The translations under genes were made by a program, and so were the position numbers. 64,000 nt of DNA from positions 37,448,001 through 37,512,000 of the forward strand of contig OX597818.1 of assembly GCA_951406725.2 (NCBI GenBank), given 5' to 3'. Of this stretch, positions 1 through 13,410 are shown in pieces; positions within the stretch are counted from its first letter, which is position 1, and each line of letters starts with the position of its first letter. This DNA is from Octopus vulgaris (lineage: Eukaryota). The notes below the pieces were generated by a model. It worked only from the letters and a program-made list of their open reading frames with translations, made no database searches and was not told the origin of the DNA.

Positions 1-1586
1 TACTAAAATAATTAAATGAAATATAGGTACTTATACATTAGTATAAGTGATACAAACTTTTTAATACTGTACTGTGTAAGGTACCAGTAAACTAGGTTGG
101 TAGCTGTAGGAATTTGAAGTTCCTGCTTGTAAATTAGTGCAGATAAGGTTCTGGGCCAGGAGCGTCTGGAAAGTCAGTGTTATACCTGTATGTGTTTTAG
201 TTAATCCTGATGACTTGTTCTCTGAAGTACAACTGCATTGATTGTACAATAACAGTCCTCCAGTCAGTATCCTCTATTTTGAAGGATCTCTAGTATGGGA
301 CAAAATGCTTGTCTCTAAAACATACACAATGACGTTACATTGATTAATATCAATTTCTTATCTCGCTGCAAGGCCACACATTTTTCATGGGTTTGCCACA
401 TGAGGCTGTCTGATGTTCATGCTTTTTTTGAGAGCATTATTGAGGCTGAAGCGTTTTAGCACAACCGTTTTGGTGAGACGTTTTAATGTTTCTCTCACTC
501 TGTCCATATATCTCTTTATGTATGTGAACATATTCCTGTGTGCGTGTTTGTGTGAGAGGAAAGGAAAGTGTTCCGTTAATTATAATGTCTCTCTTGTGAA
601 ATGCTTAGCGGTATTTCGTCTGCCATTACGTTCTGAGTTCAAATTCCGCCGAGGTCGACATTGCCTTTCATCCTTTCAGGGTCGATAAATTAAGTACCAG
701 TTTCGCACTGGGGTCGTATAATCGACTTAATCCGTTTGTTTGTCCCCTGTGTTTAGCCCCTTGTGGGTAGTAAAGAAATATATAACGTCTCTCTGTCACA
801 CTTTTTATCTATGTTTATATTTCTGTATGTGTGTTTGCCTCTAGTCTCAAATCAAGCTGAATGTCCAGTCAGCTGTGCCAAATTGTCAGCATTCAAACAA
901 CAGTATCCAATTGTCTCATGAAGTATATTGGCTTCAGTGGACAACTGAAAATGACTAATGAAGTTTGTTTGCTAAGGTATTCAGTATTCACCACACAATA
1001 CACTGTTCTAATTATTCTTTTTGACAAAGTATACAATCTCAAGACACACAGAAGTAAAAATGGAATCTTGTGATGTAAAATGATTTTTAAATTGTATGAT
1101 CATGATGTCACCTACCCGGACAAAGCTGTACATATAATAGAATGATTACTTGATGGAAGTTACTCCAGTACATACCTGATACATTTATATCCCATTTTGG
1201 AGAATTGAAATGCTGAAGTAGTTCCTGGAAAGATTTGAAATTAGAAAAGTAGATGTTCCAGAAGATAAATCTGTGTCATTTAGTCTCAGGATTTTTCTAT
1301 GTTAGGACATCAGAACCTTTTGAGAAAATAAATGAAGAATGACCAAATTCTTTCAAAGCATATTGGTTAATTGCTACTTTTCAGGGTTTATCAGGAGAAA
1401 TATTACTCAGCATCTTGTCATTGTATACAGATCTCAATTCTGCAATATCTTTATAATTTTACCATTATTTTCCACATACCACATTTCTCTTGAATTACGG
1501 GGTTATAAATTAAAAACACAAACCTCATTTGAATGAATAATTATTTTAATTTTTCACTGAGGACGACAGTGCACAAGTATAAACAA

Positions 1587-1667
1587 TCATGAATTGGTTG
1601 TAGGTTTATATACAATAATTTCTTTCTGTATTAAATCTGGGATTTCTACAGCAAGCCATGGTCCCAA
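1587..1667 (-). CDS. UFC1: UFC1 coding exon 5 (terminal)
   Basis: TTTCCTTAG acceptor; LGPWLAVEIPDLIQKEIIVYKPTTNS-TGA; total CDS 504 bp = 167 aa. Confidence 0.96.
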   Translation of the reverse strand: MGPWLAVEIPDLIQKEIIVYKPTTNS

Positions 1668-1929
1668 CTAAGGAAACAAAACAAAAAAAAAAACTGATTA
1701 CTATTGTATGAATATAATGTATTTAAAAGTATTGTGTTTAGCTCCTAATAAGTGATTTAATTCATTAGCATTTAAACTGACCATATCCAGCCAAAATCTG
1801 TTTTATGTTCAAACTGGCCAGATCTAACCCTACAATATCATTCTAAAAATAAACAGCCACATATCAAAATCTTTAAGCCACAAGATATGCATAATCACTT
1901 CAAAACAATGTGAATAAATAAACATTATA

Positions 1930-2506
1930 TATTATTTACATTTGACGGATATTTGTCCTCATCTTGTTTTTGTTGTTAACACAACGTTTCAGCTGATATA
2001 TCCTCCAGCTTTCATCAGGTGTTTTGTTGAAATTTCGAACCTGGTTCTCATTCCTAAGGTATTTTTTGATGTTCATCATCATCGTTTAATGTCCGTTTTC
2101 CATGCTAGCATGGGTTGGACAGTTCGACCAGGGTCTGGGTAGCCAGGAGGCTGCACCAGGCTCCAGTCTGATCTGGCAGTGTTTCTACAGCTGGATGCCC
2201 TTCCTAACGCCAACCACTCCATGAGTGTAGTGGGTGTTTTTTATGTGCCACTGACACTGGGGCCACTTTAGGCTGGCAACAGCCACAATCGGTTGGTGCT
2301 TTTTACGTGCCATTGGCACAGAAGCCAGTCAAGGCAGCGCTGGCATCGGCCACATTCGGATGGTGCTTTTTACGTGCCACCGGCATGGGTATCACAACTA
2401 CAATTTCCATTTGATTTTTTGTTATTATTATTATTCAGGTCACTGCCTTGAATCGAACTTGAAATCTTGAGGTTAGTAGCCTACGCTCTTAACCACAACG
2501 CCATAT
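1930..2506 (-). mobile_element. tRNA-headed short element with a 3' hammerhead, interrupted by a nested SINE at about 2073-2420
   Basis: Minus strand begins TGGCGTTGTGGTTAAGAGCG (A box) ... GTTCGATTC (B box), then (AAT)n; continues after the insert into the HHR at 2023-1978. Confidence 0.6.
1978..2023 (-). ncRNA. Minimal type I hammerhead ribozyme in UFC1 intron 4, sense to the pre-mRNA
   Basis: AACAC CTGATGA A AGCTG GAGGATATAT CAGCT GAAA CG TT GTGTT; perfect stem I and stem II, AACGTT palindromic minimal stem III. Confidence 0.75.
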
Positions 2507-3859
2507 GTTTGACAGAATCTGAATGCAAAAGGGTTAAGCTGGATATATCTGACCTATATGTTCAAACCAGCTAAATTCAGCTTCTCACATCTACCCTGGA
2601 ATTTCATTTCTAAAATAAGCAATCACATCATCAAAATTTTAAAGCTACAAGATAATGCAGGATTTATTCAAAACAATGTGAATAGATAAGCATTAAGATT
2701 TGTCAGTAAGCTGAATGCTAATGAGTTAACTAAAAACCACTCTTATGAAGAAATCTAATAATGATGAATTTTTCAATTTTTCTTCCAAAAATTATTAATC
2801 AAACATATTGGTATTTAAAAATTAGATGCATCCTTATAACTTAGTTACTGTTGACCAGGTTTTTAACATATATTAATGAAAAATTTTCTGCTTTTATCTT
2901 CATCATCATTTAATGTCCGCTTTCCATGCTAGCATGGGTTGGACGATTTGACTGAGGTCTGGTGAACGAGATGGCTGCACCAGACTCTGATCTGGCAGAG
3001 TTTCTACAGCTGGATGCCCTTCCTAATGCCAAGAGTGTAGTGGGTTCTTTTACATGCAACTGGCACGAGGGCCAGTCAGGCGGTACTGGCAACGGCCACG
3101 CTCAAATGGTGCTTTTTATGAGCCACCTGCACAAGAGCCAGCCCAGCAGCACTGACAACGACCTCGCTTGAATGTTCTTTCACTAGCCATCAACACAAAT
3201 GCTAGTAAGGTGAAGAAAGGAACGATCACCCTTGAATGGTGTTTTTTATGTGCCATCAGCACGGAGGCCAGCTTGTTGCTCTATTTTGTTAAATATTGCT
3301 TTCTTTAACCATTTACCATTCAGATTTCTCTGTCAAATACAATGCTTATTTATTCACATTGTTGTGAAATTAACCATACATTACCTTATAGCTCTGAAGT
3401 TTCAATGATGTGTGTGTTTGCTTTTAGAATGACATTGCAGGGTAACTGTGAGAGGCCTGATATGGCCTATTTGAATGCTAAACAGTTAATCCTTTCATTA
3501 GACAGAAGATAGATAGATAGATATAATAATATAAGTATTAATTTAACACTGGGCTAGACAAATGTGGTGTTGAGGCAGGTTTTCCTGCCATCAACTCTTA
3601 TTTGATTTACAAGGTACTTTCATTTCACTGGCATTTCAAAGTCAAAAGCAGTGAAGCCTGAAGCTAGGAATTTTTTTGTTTATTGTAAAATATAGTGTTT
3701 TGTTCATGCTGTGTGACAGAGCACATGTGGAAATGTCATTCTCTATCTCACACACACACACACACATATATATATAGAATTAAATAATAAGGGTAGAAAT
3801 TGATATTAATCAATTAAAATCAGTGGCTTAGCATATTTTAAAATCCGAAGATTAAAATT

Positions 3860-4140
3860 TGTTACATACAAAATTAAGAGGAGTGACCACTAAAGTGGAC
3901 ACCCCTATATGCTAAACATAGACGTCAAATCGCCATTACCATGAAGAAAATAAAAGCAATTACGTAGGTAATCGTTTTTATTTCGCATGTTTTCATTTGT
4001 CTTGCTCATTTTTACATTTTGGCGTTTTACTGAGAATTTTTTTCTTGAGAACACATTCTTCGTGGTAATGGCAATTTGACATCTATGTTTAGCATGTAGG
4101 GGTGTCCACTTTAGTGGTCATTCCTCTTAATTTTGTACAT
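3860..4140. repeat. Inverted repeat, arms about 85 bp, in a TA-flanked fragment
   Basis: acaaaattaagaggagtgaccactaaagtggacacccct...gaagaa versus its reverse complement at 4057-4138. Confidence 0.85.
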
Positions 4141-4154
4141 TTAATATATATATA

Positions 4155-4500
4155 TCATGCCGGTGGCACGTAAAAGCAACATCTGTTCGTGACTGTTGCC
4201 AGCCTCGCCTGGCCCCCGTGCAGGTGGCACGTAAAAAGCACCATCCGATCGTGGCCATTGCCAGCCTCGCTGGTGGCACATAAAAAGCACCATCCGTCCG
4301 TGGTCGTTTGCCAGCTCTGTCTGGCACGTAAAAAGCACCCACTACACTCACGGAGTGGTTGGCGTTAGGAAGGGCATCCAGCCGTAGAAACACTGCCAGA
4401 TCAGACTGGGCCTGATGCAGCCTTCTGGCTTCACAGACCCCTGTTGAACCGTCCAACCCATGCTAGCATGGAAAGCGGACGCTAAATGATGATGATGATA
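4155..4500. mobile_element. Short interspersed repeat family 4 with (GAT)n end and internal ggcacgtaaaaagcacc subrepeats
   Basis: ggcgttaggaagggcatccag...ccaacccatgctagcatggaaagcggacg.taaatgatgatg; copies at 2073-2420, 2900-3280, 11020-11195, 12455-12730. Confidence 0.8.
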
Positions 4501-4871
4501 TACATATAAAAAGTGGGTTTCTCACTTTCTGTTTAGAAGGCACTTTTGCTCAAGGTGCCATGCAGTGGGACCAAACCCTAAACTATGTGGTTGCAAATCA
4601 AATCAAGCTTTTTAACCACAAAACCATGTTTGATATGGTGAAAGCCAGCAAAACACATCATTACTGACTTTATAATACAATGATTTAAAATATTACTTAT
4701 CTTATTTACATTCACTGATTCATAATACGGTAATTTAGCTCTTTGAGCCTCGGTTCATGACTAGTGTATATTTTAGAGACTCAGAAAGACGAGAGTTAAA
4801 TACTGTTGGGTATCTTGTTTTGCATTCAACAATTTCTGCAACACTTTTAGATTTTAAACATGAATACTTAC

Positions 4872-4962
4872 CCCAAGTGCCATTGCATGGGCAATTCCAA
4901 ATTTTGGCACATTCCTTGCCCAGAGGGGTTTAAAATGATCAGTCAGGCAAATTTTCCCACCT
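4872..4962 (-). CDS. UFC1: UFC1 coding exon 4 (catalytic Cys116)
   Basis: TTTATAG acceptor; (R)[30 protein letters not shown]; 91 bp; donor GTAAGT; frame is consistent with exon 3. Confidence 0.97.
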
Positions 4963-6728
4963 CTATAAAGAGAACAAATAAAAAAATAAGGTCAGGTAAC
5001 GTTTAGTTGGTTTCTGAGATAAATGTTCAGTTTTGTTTGAACTTAAAGTGTCTATCCAAATGTAATAATGGAATTAAATGGTTGAACAATTTACTAGAAA
5101 TAGCAGTCATTTCTATTGGAAAAGGTAGGACAGAAAGATCACATAATCTAGAAAAAAGACTGGATGATCATGATTGGAGTATCTTTAATCATAGGTTTTC
5201 TTGTTCAGAGCTGACCTGGGGTTAAACATTACTGGAATTAAATTTAAGAAGATAACAAAGCTTACAAAAAAATAACATAGTTGACCAAGTCAATAAAGCA
5301 TTAAATACTGTCGAAAGTTTGGTAGTTCATATCCTGTGAATCAGTCTAAATTGCATTTGTATACAAGACATCTATCAAACAGCTAAGAATATTTAGCAGT
5401 AGCTACTTGTGCTATTTCACCATTAAGCAGCTCTCAAATTAACAGGCATGGCTGTGTGGTAAGAAGCTTGCTTCTCAACCACATAGTTCTGGGTTCAGTC
5501 CCACTGCGTGGCACCTTGTGCAAGTGTCTTCTACTAAAGCCTCAGGCCAACCAAAGCCTTGTGAGTGAAATTGGCTGACGGAAACCAAAAGAAGCCCATA
5601 TATATATACATGTATATATCTATGTGTGTGTGTATTTGTCCCACCACCACTTGAGAACCAGTGTTGGTGTGTTTACATCCCTGTAACTTATTTCAGCAAA
5701 AGAGACTGATAGAATAAGTATTAGACTTGAAAAATAAGTCCAGGGGTTGATTAGTTTTACTAAAACCCAAGGTGGTGGACCAGCATGGCCATAGTCAAAT
5801 GACTGAAACATGTAAGATAAAAGAACATATACACTGGGCTTCCACACAGTATTGGTCAGCCTGAGGCTATAGTAAAAAATACTTGGTTTGCAGTACTTTG
5901 CTTGTTTAAATTCCAGGTCAACCTTGAAGAAGCAGACAAAAGTTCAAAACCCATGCTAGCTTATTTTCAGGCATCATTATCACAGTTGGTTTAATGTCCG
6001 TTTTTTTTTCATGCTTGCATGGGTTGGACAGCATTTATTGAAGCAGATTTTTTACACATGGATTGCCCTTGTAGCCAATCCCCACTGGATTCTTAGCAAG
6101 GTTATATTTCTACACTGTCAGACATTTTTTGGCTGAATATTGGGAATGAATGATATTGCTTGTGTGACCGTGACACTCATTTACAATTTCCACATGATGT
6201 TAAGGAGATAAACATACAAGCATACACACACATAATGGGCTTCTTTCAGTTTCTTTCTACGAAATCCACTCAAAGCTTTGGTTAACCCAGGTCTACTGTA
6301 AAAGACACTTCCCCAAGATGCCACACAATGGGACTGAACCCAAAACCATGTGGCTGGGAAGCTAACTTTTTAACCACGCTGTAATGCCTGCATGATAGTG
6401 TCCTTTTCAGAATGGTAGAGAATAATTTAAAGAAGACTTGGTTGCTTTTGTAGCTTGTAGAGACTCCCTTGTTGGGAGCTGACATTATTTGCTGCTGCAT
6501 GCTAAGTTACCTCATAACAGATTGGCATCATGTTTAGAAAAAAAAAAAAATGCCAGATCCATCTCATGTCACAAAAATAAAGGTAAGTATCTGCAAAAGA
6601 CGTTGAAGGAAACAAAGATGCAAAAATATGGTTATTCTTGTAATGAGTACAAGTTACAAAACTGCCTCTATACCAGTCATAGGCAAAGTGGCCCGAGCGA
6701 CTTTCTGAAACAAAAGCCTAATTTCATG

Positions 6729-7025
6729 TGGAGGCCTAGTGGTTAGAGCAGCGGACTCGCAGTCGAGGGATCGCGGGTTCGAATCTCAGACCAGACGATG
6801 TGTGTGTTTATGAGTGAAACACCTAAGCTCCATGCGGTTCCAGTAGAAGGTAATGGCGAAACTTCTGCTGACTCTTTCGCCACAACTTTCTCTCACTCTT
6901 TCATCCTGCATCTTGCAGCTCACCTGCAATGGACCGGCGTCTCGTCCAGGTGGGGAACCTATACGCCAAGAAACCGGGAAACCGGCCCTTATGAGCCAGG
7001 CATGGCTCGAGAAGGAACAAACAAA
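6729..7025 (+). mobile_element. tRNA-headed SINE family 2
   Basis: GGCCTAGTGGTTAGAGC...GGTTCGAATC; (AAC)n tail; sister copies at 20018-20315 (+), 27960-28256 (-), related head at 24830-25110. Confidence 0.85.
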
Positions 7026-8429
7026 CAAGCCTAATTTCATGAGAAAAATAACATTTCATAAAACATTTTAAGCAGTGCAGCCCATCTGATGATGAGTCAT
7101 GTCTTGTGCAGCCTGCTTCTCAACAAAAGTTACCCATGCCTGCTTTATATGAAGGTTTGATCTGTTACAAATAATAGCACTTTCTTCAAACTACATCTTG
7201 TCTTGAAGACAGTGTCATGTGATCATAGGTCTGACCCATGGTTGAATAATTAATCACACTGTTTATAAACAATGACTTAAAGTAAAGAAACGCCTGCAAA
7301 CTTTGTTGGCTAAATGTTTCCAATAGGTAATTTCTCAGGTCTTGGACGACTACTGAGCATTTTGATATAGTTCTCTAGTTTGGTGCTCCTGACCAAGGCA
7401 TATAACTCTGATTCGCTAAGACGAGGTCCCTCAATTTGTAATCGATTAACGATTTCACTGTTTTGTTTTCGTTTAGCCCCTGACTAAGGTATATAACTCC
7501 ATTTGACTAAGACTAGGTCCTATAGTTCAGAGATCCTCCAACTTAGAAATGCCAGCCTCCAATCCCTGAAAAAAAAATATGGCGAAGCTTTTGACCCCAT
7601 TTCCATTAATAAGACAAAGTAGTTTTCATCGATATAATTTTTTTTTTTCCCATGCTATTCGACAAGTTTAAAACCAACACAGCAATTTGTGTGCTTCATT
7701 AATTTTCACCCTTTCATCCCATCCATGAGAAATAGTCTCTCTTTTCATAATTGAGCAGTTAGTTACACTGGAAGGGCGTCCAGTTATATGTGAATTTACA
7801 AATTTACCAAATCAGGTACAAGGATGGCTGTACAAATCAGAAGCTTCATTTGTAACCACATTGTTCCAAGTTCAGTTCTATTGCACAACAATTTCAGGCC
7901 TTTACCTATAGCAGAAAGGCAGCTCTTTAGCTGGTCAGCTTGTGTGAAACCATCCAGCCCATGCCAGCATGGAAAAACAGGCATTAAATGATTTGACAGA
8001 ATAACTTTGAATGCCAAAAGGTTAAAGAAAACTGGGTTTTAGCTGATGTCTGTCAGCAAAAGATATACACACACACATATGTATATGTACGACTGACTTC
8101 TACATAGTTTCTGTCTACCATTTTCCCCTCTCAAGATATAGGCTAACCCAAGGTGAGGTGTTGGGAATCAGGACGAAACATGGTGTTACATGAAACAAAC
8201 ATCTTAACCACACATTCATTAATAGTAATGTGTTTAACTTGCATGAAAGTTGGTAACTATTTTGGAATAATAGCATCAAACTGTCTATGATAAAGTAGAT
8301 GTATGGCATGGGTTCCACAGGTAGTTTTCCATCTTTTTTTCCACTGAAGGTTTTTTTTTACCCTATGTATTATGAGCTGGACGTGCATTTGAGTTACATT
8401 GTTTATAAAAGACTTTATATATATATATA

Positions 8430-8775
8430 TAGGCGCAGGAGTGGCTGTATGGTAAGTAGCTTGCTTACCAACCAAGTGGTTCTGGGTTCAGTCCCACTGC
8501 ATGGCACCTTGGGCAAGTGTCTTCTACTATAGCCTCAGGCTGACCAAGGCCTTGTGAGTGCACTTTGTAGACGGAAACTGAAAGAAGCCCGTCGTCTATA
8601 TGTATATATATGTGTGTGTTTGTATCTGTTTGTCCCCGTAAATTAGCAGTTCGGCAAAAGTGACCAATAGAATAAGTACTAGGCTTACAAAGAATAAGTC
8701 CTGTGGTCGATTTTCTCGACTAAAGGCAGTACTCCAGTATGGCTGCAGTCAAATGACTGAAGCAAGTAAAAGAGT
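8430..8775 (+). mobile_element. tRNA-headed SINE family 1, representative copy
   Basis: TGGCTGTATGG...GGTTCAGTCCC head, ccttgggcaag core, internal (TA)n, conserved tail. Related copies near 5445, 6230, 9800, 13920, 14100, 22365, 25150, 29300, 31940, 43640, 47710, 55395, 59770, 63680. Confidence 0.85.
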
Positions 8776-10302
8776 ATATCAATTTCTTCTGAAAGCATTT
8801 TCCAGGTTTATAATCTTAATATTACTTTTTATGCTCACATTTTTCCATGTAATCCACGATTTTTCCAGGCATTGCTGTTATAAGATAATAATTTAAAATT
8901 TTACCTTATAAAATACTGGAAGGTAATATTTCAATTTTTTCATATTTAATTTAAATATATGTTGTGATTGAATTATTTGATATTACCCATCCACACCAAA
9001 TTAATGGCAGGGATTTTTACCATGCTGTTGGTTGCACCATGGCTCACCAAAAGTTACAAACAAGACCCCAAAACTATCAGTTACCAGGCTCACCTTAAGT
9101 AACCTAATTTTGCAATATTAGGAGGTCACAGGAATTCATTCAACGAAAAAAAAATTTCCATTGTTTCCGGGATTGGGGTGGGGGAACCCCGCCCCTCACC
9201 TCATTTTTTCCGAACCAAAATAAGGGATTTGCAGCATACTAGGAGGTTAGGGTACTTGATTCCTCGCAAAAAAAATCCAATTTTTTGTTTTACTTCCTTT
9301 GTGAAAATTGTGTGGGTGTCAATATAAAAATTTACCATGATGTTGCTGTTATTTAGCCTCAAATCAACCCTGCAAACTTATCATCAAAGTCATTCCAGCC
9401 TTCAGCAAACCATGTTTTTAGGGATAATCTAGGACATTACATACATCAGGTGTGTGATTTTACTATGCATTTTTCTATCATTTAAGCCTAAGAAAAGTAT
9501 ACTTTTATTTTAAAATTAAAAAGTTTATGTTAATTGAAGGTGAATAGGTGCCTTACTGCCCCCTTGAGGTCGCAAATATTTTGATGTAACTTTTTTTCTA
9601 CTGAACCAAATCTCAAACTATTTATGCCAAAGTGTAGCTGAGGAGGTGCCCTCTTTAAAACTATTAATAGTTTGCAATTTAGTTGAGAACTGAATTAGTG
9701 GTGAAGCTTGGAAACTGCTGCGATTGATAAAATGGTGGACATAAGAATATAATCAACCACTACCATGGTTAAATGTGTGTGTGTATATATATATATATAT
9801 AAAGGGCTTCTTGCAGTTTCCATTTACCAAATCCACTCACAAGATTTTGGTCAGTCTGAGGCAGTAAAAGACACCTGGCCAAGGTGCCATGTAGTGAGAC
9901 TGAACCCAAGACCACATGGTAGGGAAGAAAGCTTCTTAACCACATAGCCATGACTATGCTTCATAGTAAGTGAACTTGAGATACTGCTGTGAAAGCACTT
10001 TCAAAGACTGCTCAGCTTTTCTAATCTCTCTTTTTTTAGGTTTAATTATCCTTTAAAAATCTTTCTATAAAGAAATGATAACCTTAATTCTGTGAAAGCA
10101 ACGGCTGCCCTAAAGTATTACTACTTCTTATGTGTAGAACGGTGGAATGTATAACTACAAAATTTTGCTCCAAGAGCTCCAACAAACTAAAAGTTTAATA
10201 ACTCGAAATTTTCTAAAATATTTCCATTTATTAATAACTCTTCTAAGCATGGTGTCTCAGTGAAGGTGAAAGTTTCAACAGAAAAATCAATGCAGAACTC
10301 AC

Positions 10303-10379
10303 CTGTACATTTTTGCAGTTTTTCCATCCAGCTCAGGTAGAGCTATTTCAGGTGCAGTTGTTGGAAAAGTTACTGGGAT
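10303..10379 (-). CDS. UFC1: UFC1 coding exon 3 (TAK motif)
   Basis: TTTTTGCAG acceptor; [25 protein letters not shown](R); 77 bp; donor GTGAGT, phase 2. Confidence 0.97.
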
Positions 10380-12883
10380 CTGCAAAAATAAAGGTTTAAG
10401 AAATAGCTTAACAGTAAACTATTTCAGTTGAAGTGAAACTCTTTTTTTTTAATTCTCCAGTTTTTAGTCTATTAAAGGTTTACAGACTGAAAACTATTCT
10501 GATGATTTTTTTTGTCTTGACCACAAATGATAAAAACATAAAACAGTTTAAGCAGTTTGATAGCTTTCTAGCTTCAGGTGGCCTCAGTTTCATGAAGAAT
10601 AATATCAATTAAGAGTGAAAATTTTATTTGCCTTACCATCCTATAAGTAAACTAAAAATGAAACCATTTTAGGTAACGAAACATTCTTTTTTTGGTTATA
10701 GTCTCAAGTGAAACAATATTGGGACACTACCTTCAGGGATAAAGTTAATTTATCCCCTGGATAAATGGAAATTGTCCTTGGCAGCTTTTGAACTCTTTAA
10801 TGGTATAACATTTTTCTTCATTTCTTTTGCGATACAAATAATGAAACACAAAGTAAATCATTGAAAGCAATAGCTAAGTTTTGTAACAAGTTTTTGTCGT
10901 TTTCTATATTTATTTCTTTTTAACTTTAATTGCCCAAAATTATAACTACAAGAGTAAAGTGGCCGACAAAACTCTTGGCAGAAGAATGTAAAATATTTGA
11001 GGCAGTGTTATTACAGTTTGGCACGTAAAAGCACCCACTATACTCTCGGAGTGGTTGGCGTTAGGAAAGGCATCCAGTTGTAGAAACTCTGCCAGATCAA
11101 GATTGAAGCCTGGTGCAGCCATCTGGTTTGCCAGCCCTCAGTCATCTGTCCAACCCATGCTAGCATAGAAATCGGATGTTAAACGATGATGATGTCTTTC
11201 CTTTTGCCAACACTTTTAGTTGCCTCTTACAACACTCATAGTTATTCTAAACCCAGGATACCAATAGTAGAAGTTAAGGTTAAATTGATGACACTTGTAA
11301 TAAGAAAGCAAGAGTGGAATGCCAGAAGAGCATGTATATGTGACAGAAGGTGAGAACAAGGATATCCTTGATGAAAAGGAGTGTCAAAAAATGATACACT
11401 ACCAAGTTGATGGTATGGAAATCAGAGAAAAATCTACACATGCTGTAATAGCTGCCTAGTTAGAAAACTATTGATCCAGGGATTTCCATCCTAGATCCAA
11501 CTGGAATCTTTGCTGATGTCAAGAACATTAATTTTCCTTCATTTCTTCAATATAAAACAAACAGGAGAATACCTCCAAGCTAAGGGTTTATAAAAATTAA
11601 TACTAATTTCTTAGGAGAGAAAGAGATTTTAGGAGTGAGGATATGGTTATAAATAATCATCCCAGTCATCCTGAATATGTTTAGAATTAAGGTTAATAAA
11701 GTGAATGATCAGAGGTTAATCATTTTTGATATAGTATACACATATCTAAGAATTATAACGCATTTCAAGAGAAACATTAGATAATTTGGTTAAGTAAGGA
11801 TCCAACACAGACACAGTGAAAAGGCACTGAAATCATTCATTCTGCTTTAGTCTGAAAATTTGTAACTGATTTTTTTATGTAGTTGGATTTAAAGGGAAAC
11901 CGAAAGAGTGACTTTTGCTATTGGGCTGGTGCTTACATTCAAAGAATTCCTCAAGATTAGTCTGGAGTTTTTGACAAAAATTAAATATATACAATAAATA
12001 CATATAAAATATTCATTTTGTGCATGTATATATACAAAATATATATATATTAAAATATACATTTTGTCAAGTGTATATATTTGACAAAAGGTAACTATGT
12101 ACATCAGTTTGGAAGGACACCCTGTTAGCCATTTGCCAAATGCATCCATTTGCTGTTACATGCTAGGAAGCTAAAAGCACACAACAGAATCGATAATTCA
12201 TCTAGATCTCAAATGAACAAGAGCAAATCTAATCAATATTGTTTTCAAGTTTTGGTACAAGGCCAGCAATTTTGGGGAGTGGGTAAGATAATTACATCGA
12301 CCTCAGTGCACAACTGGTGCTTACCCAAAAGGATAAAAGGTAAATTCGACCTCGGCAGAATTTGAACTAAGAACATGAAGACGGACAAAATGCTGCTAAC
12401 TATTTTGCCTGGCATGCTAATGATTCTGCCAGCTCACCACCGTCATCAATTCTCGTCATTTAACGTCCACTTTCCATGCTAGCATGGGTTGGACGGTTTG
12501 ACTAAGGGCTGGCAAGCCAGGAGGTTGCACCAGGCTCCAGTCTGATTTGGCAAGGTTTCTACAGCTGGATGCTCCTCTTAATGCCAACCTCTTCAAGAGC
12601 GAAGTGGGTGCTTCTTACATGCCACTGGCATTGACCACACTTGAATGGTGCTTTTTATGTGCCACCAGCATGGGTGCCAGTCAGGTGGCACTAGTATAGG
12701 TCACACTCGAATGGTGCTTTTTACATGCTGTCAATATCAAAAAGAATAAAGATTTCTTGAACAATTCAGTTTATCTATTGTAGATTTTGTGAAAATAGGT
12801 AAGTCTTCATTTCAATGAATATATTCTCTAATTTTGAGATAAAACAGAAAAAACATGAAGTAAATTAAACTCTAGTTACTTAC

Positions 12884-13015
12884 ATCAAATTCAACATCAA
12901 ATTCATATTTTAGTAGATTGTGTATATACCAACATTTCCCAAACCATCTTGTGCCTTCTTTATTTGATTCAAGCCGGAACCAGTCATTATCTGAATCTTT
13001 ATTATTTTGGACATA
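12884..13015 (-). CDS. UFC1: UFC1 coding exon 2
   Basis: Polypyrimidine-CAG acceptor; [44 protein letters not shown]; 132 bp; donor GTAAGT. Confidence 0.97.
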
Positions 13016-13194
13016 CTGAAAAAGAAAAAGGAAGAGAGTTAAATGACGTGAAAAATAATTTCAAAATGCAATTTAATCTTGTATATATATATTTGGATGA
13101 GTATCAAAAGATTATCATTCTTAAATGGCAGTTGTTTCAGCACAATGAATGCAAAATGGTAAGCAAATAAAAGTAAGGAAAATGGAACATTCAA

Positions 13195-13410
13195 AATGTG
13201 ACCGCGTGTGTACTGTTGGCGATTTTTTTCCCTCTGTCTTCCCTTCTCTGGATCTTTCCTTCTCCGATGTTTCCGACAAAGAGCTCCGCTTGAAACGTTA
13301 AACCCTCCTTCTTCTCTTCCTTCCTGAGCGTCCAATAATACTATATTTGTTCCACATCCTCGCGTTGTTGTGTTTTCTCTTTGTGTTTTCATGTTTGGAT
13401 TAACTTTATA
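13195..13410 (+). mobile_element. Short (TA)-associated element related to 41570-41720, with a degenerate hammerhead at 13269-13303
   Basis: Shares ttggcgatttttt...gagct..gct.gaaacgttaaacc...gagcgtcc...cctcgcgtt with the 41.6-kb copy; core decayed to CCGACAA. Confidence 0.55.

Noticed and set aside
1-1580. Additional coding exons downstream of UFC1
   Set aside because: No convincing ORF or protein similarity; likely 3'UTR or intergenic, and I could not place the poly(A) site confidently
6729-6800. tRNA genes at SINE heads (also 2440-2506, 20030, 26290, 28190)
   Set aside because: A and B boxes are present, but they run into multi-copy SINE bodies and I could not build a full cloverleaf
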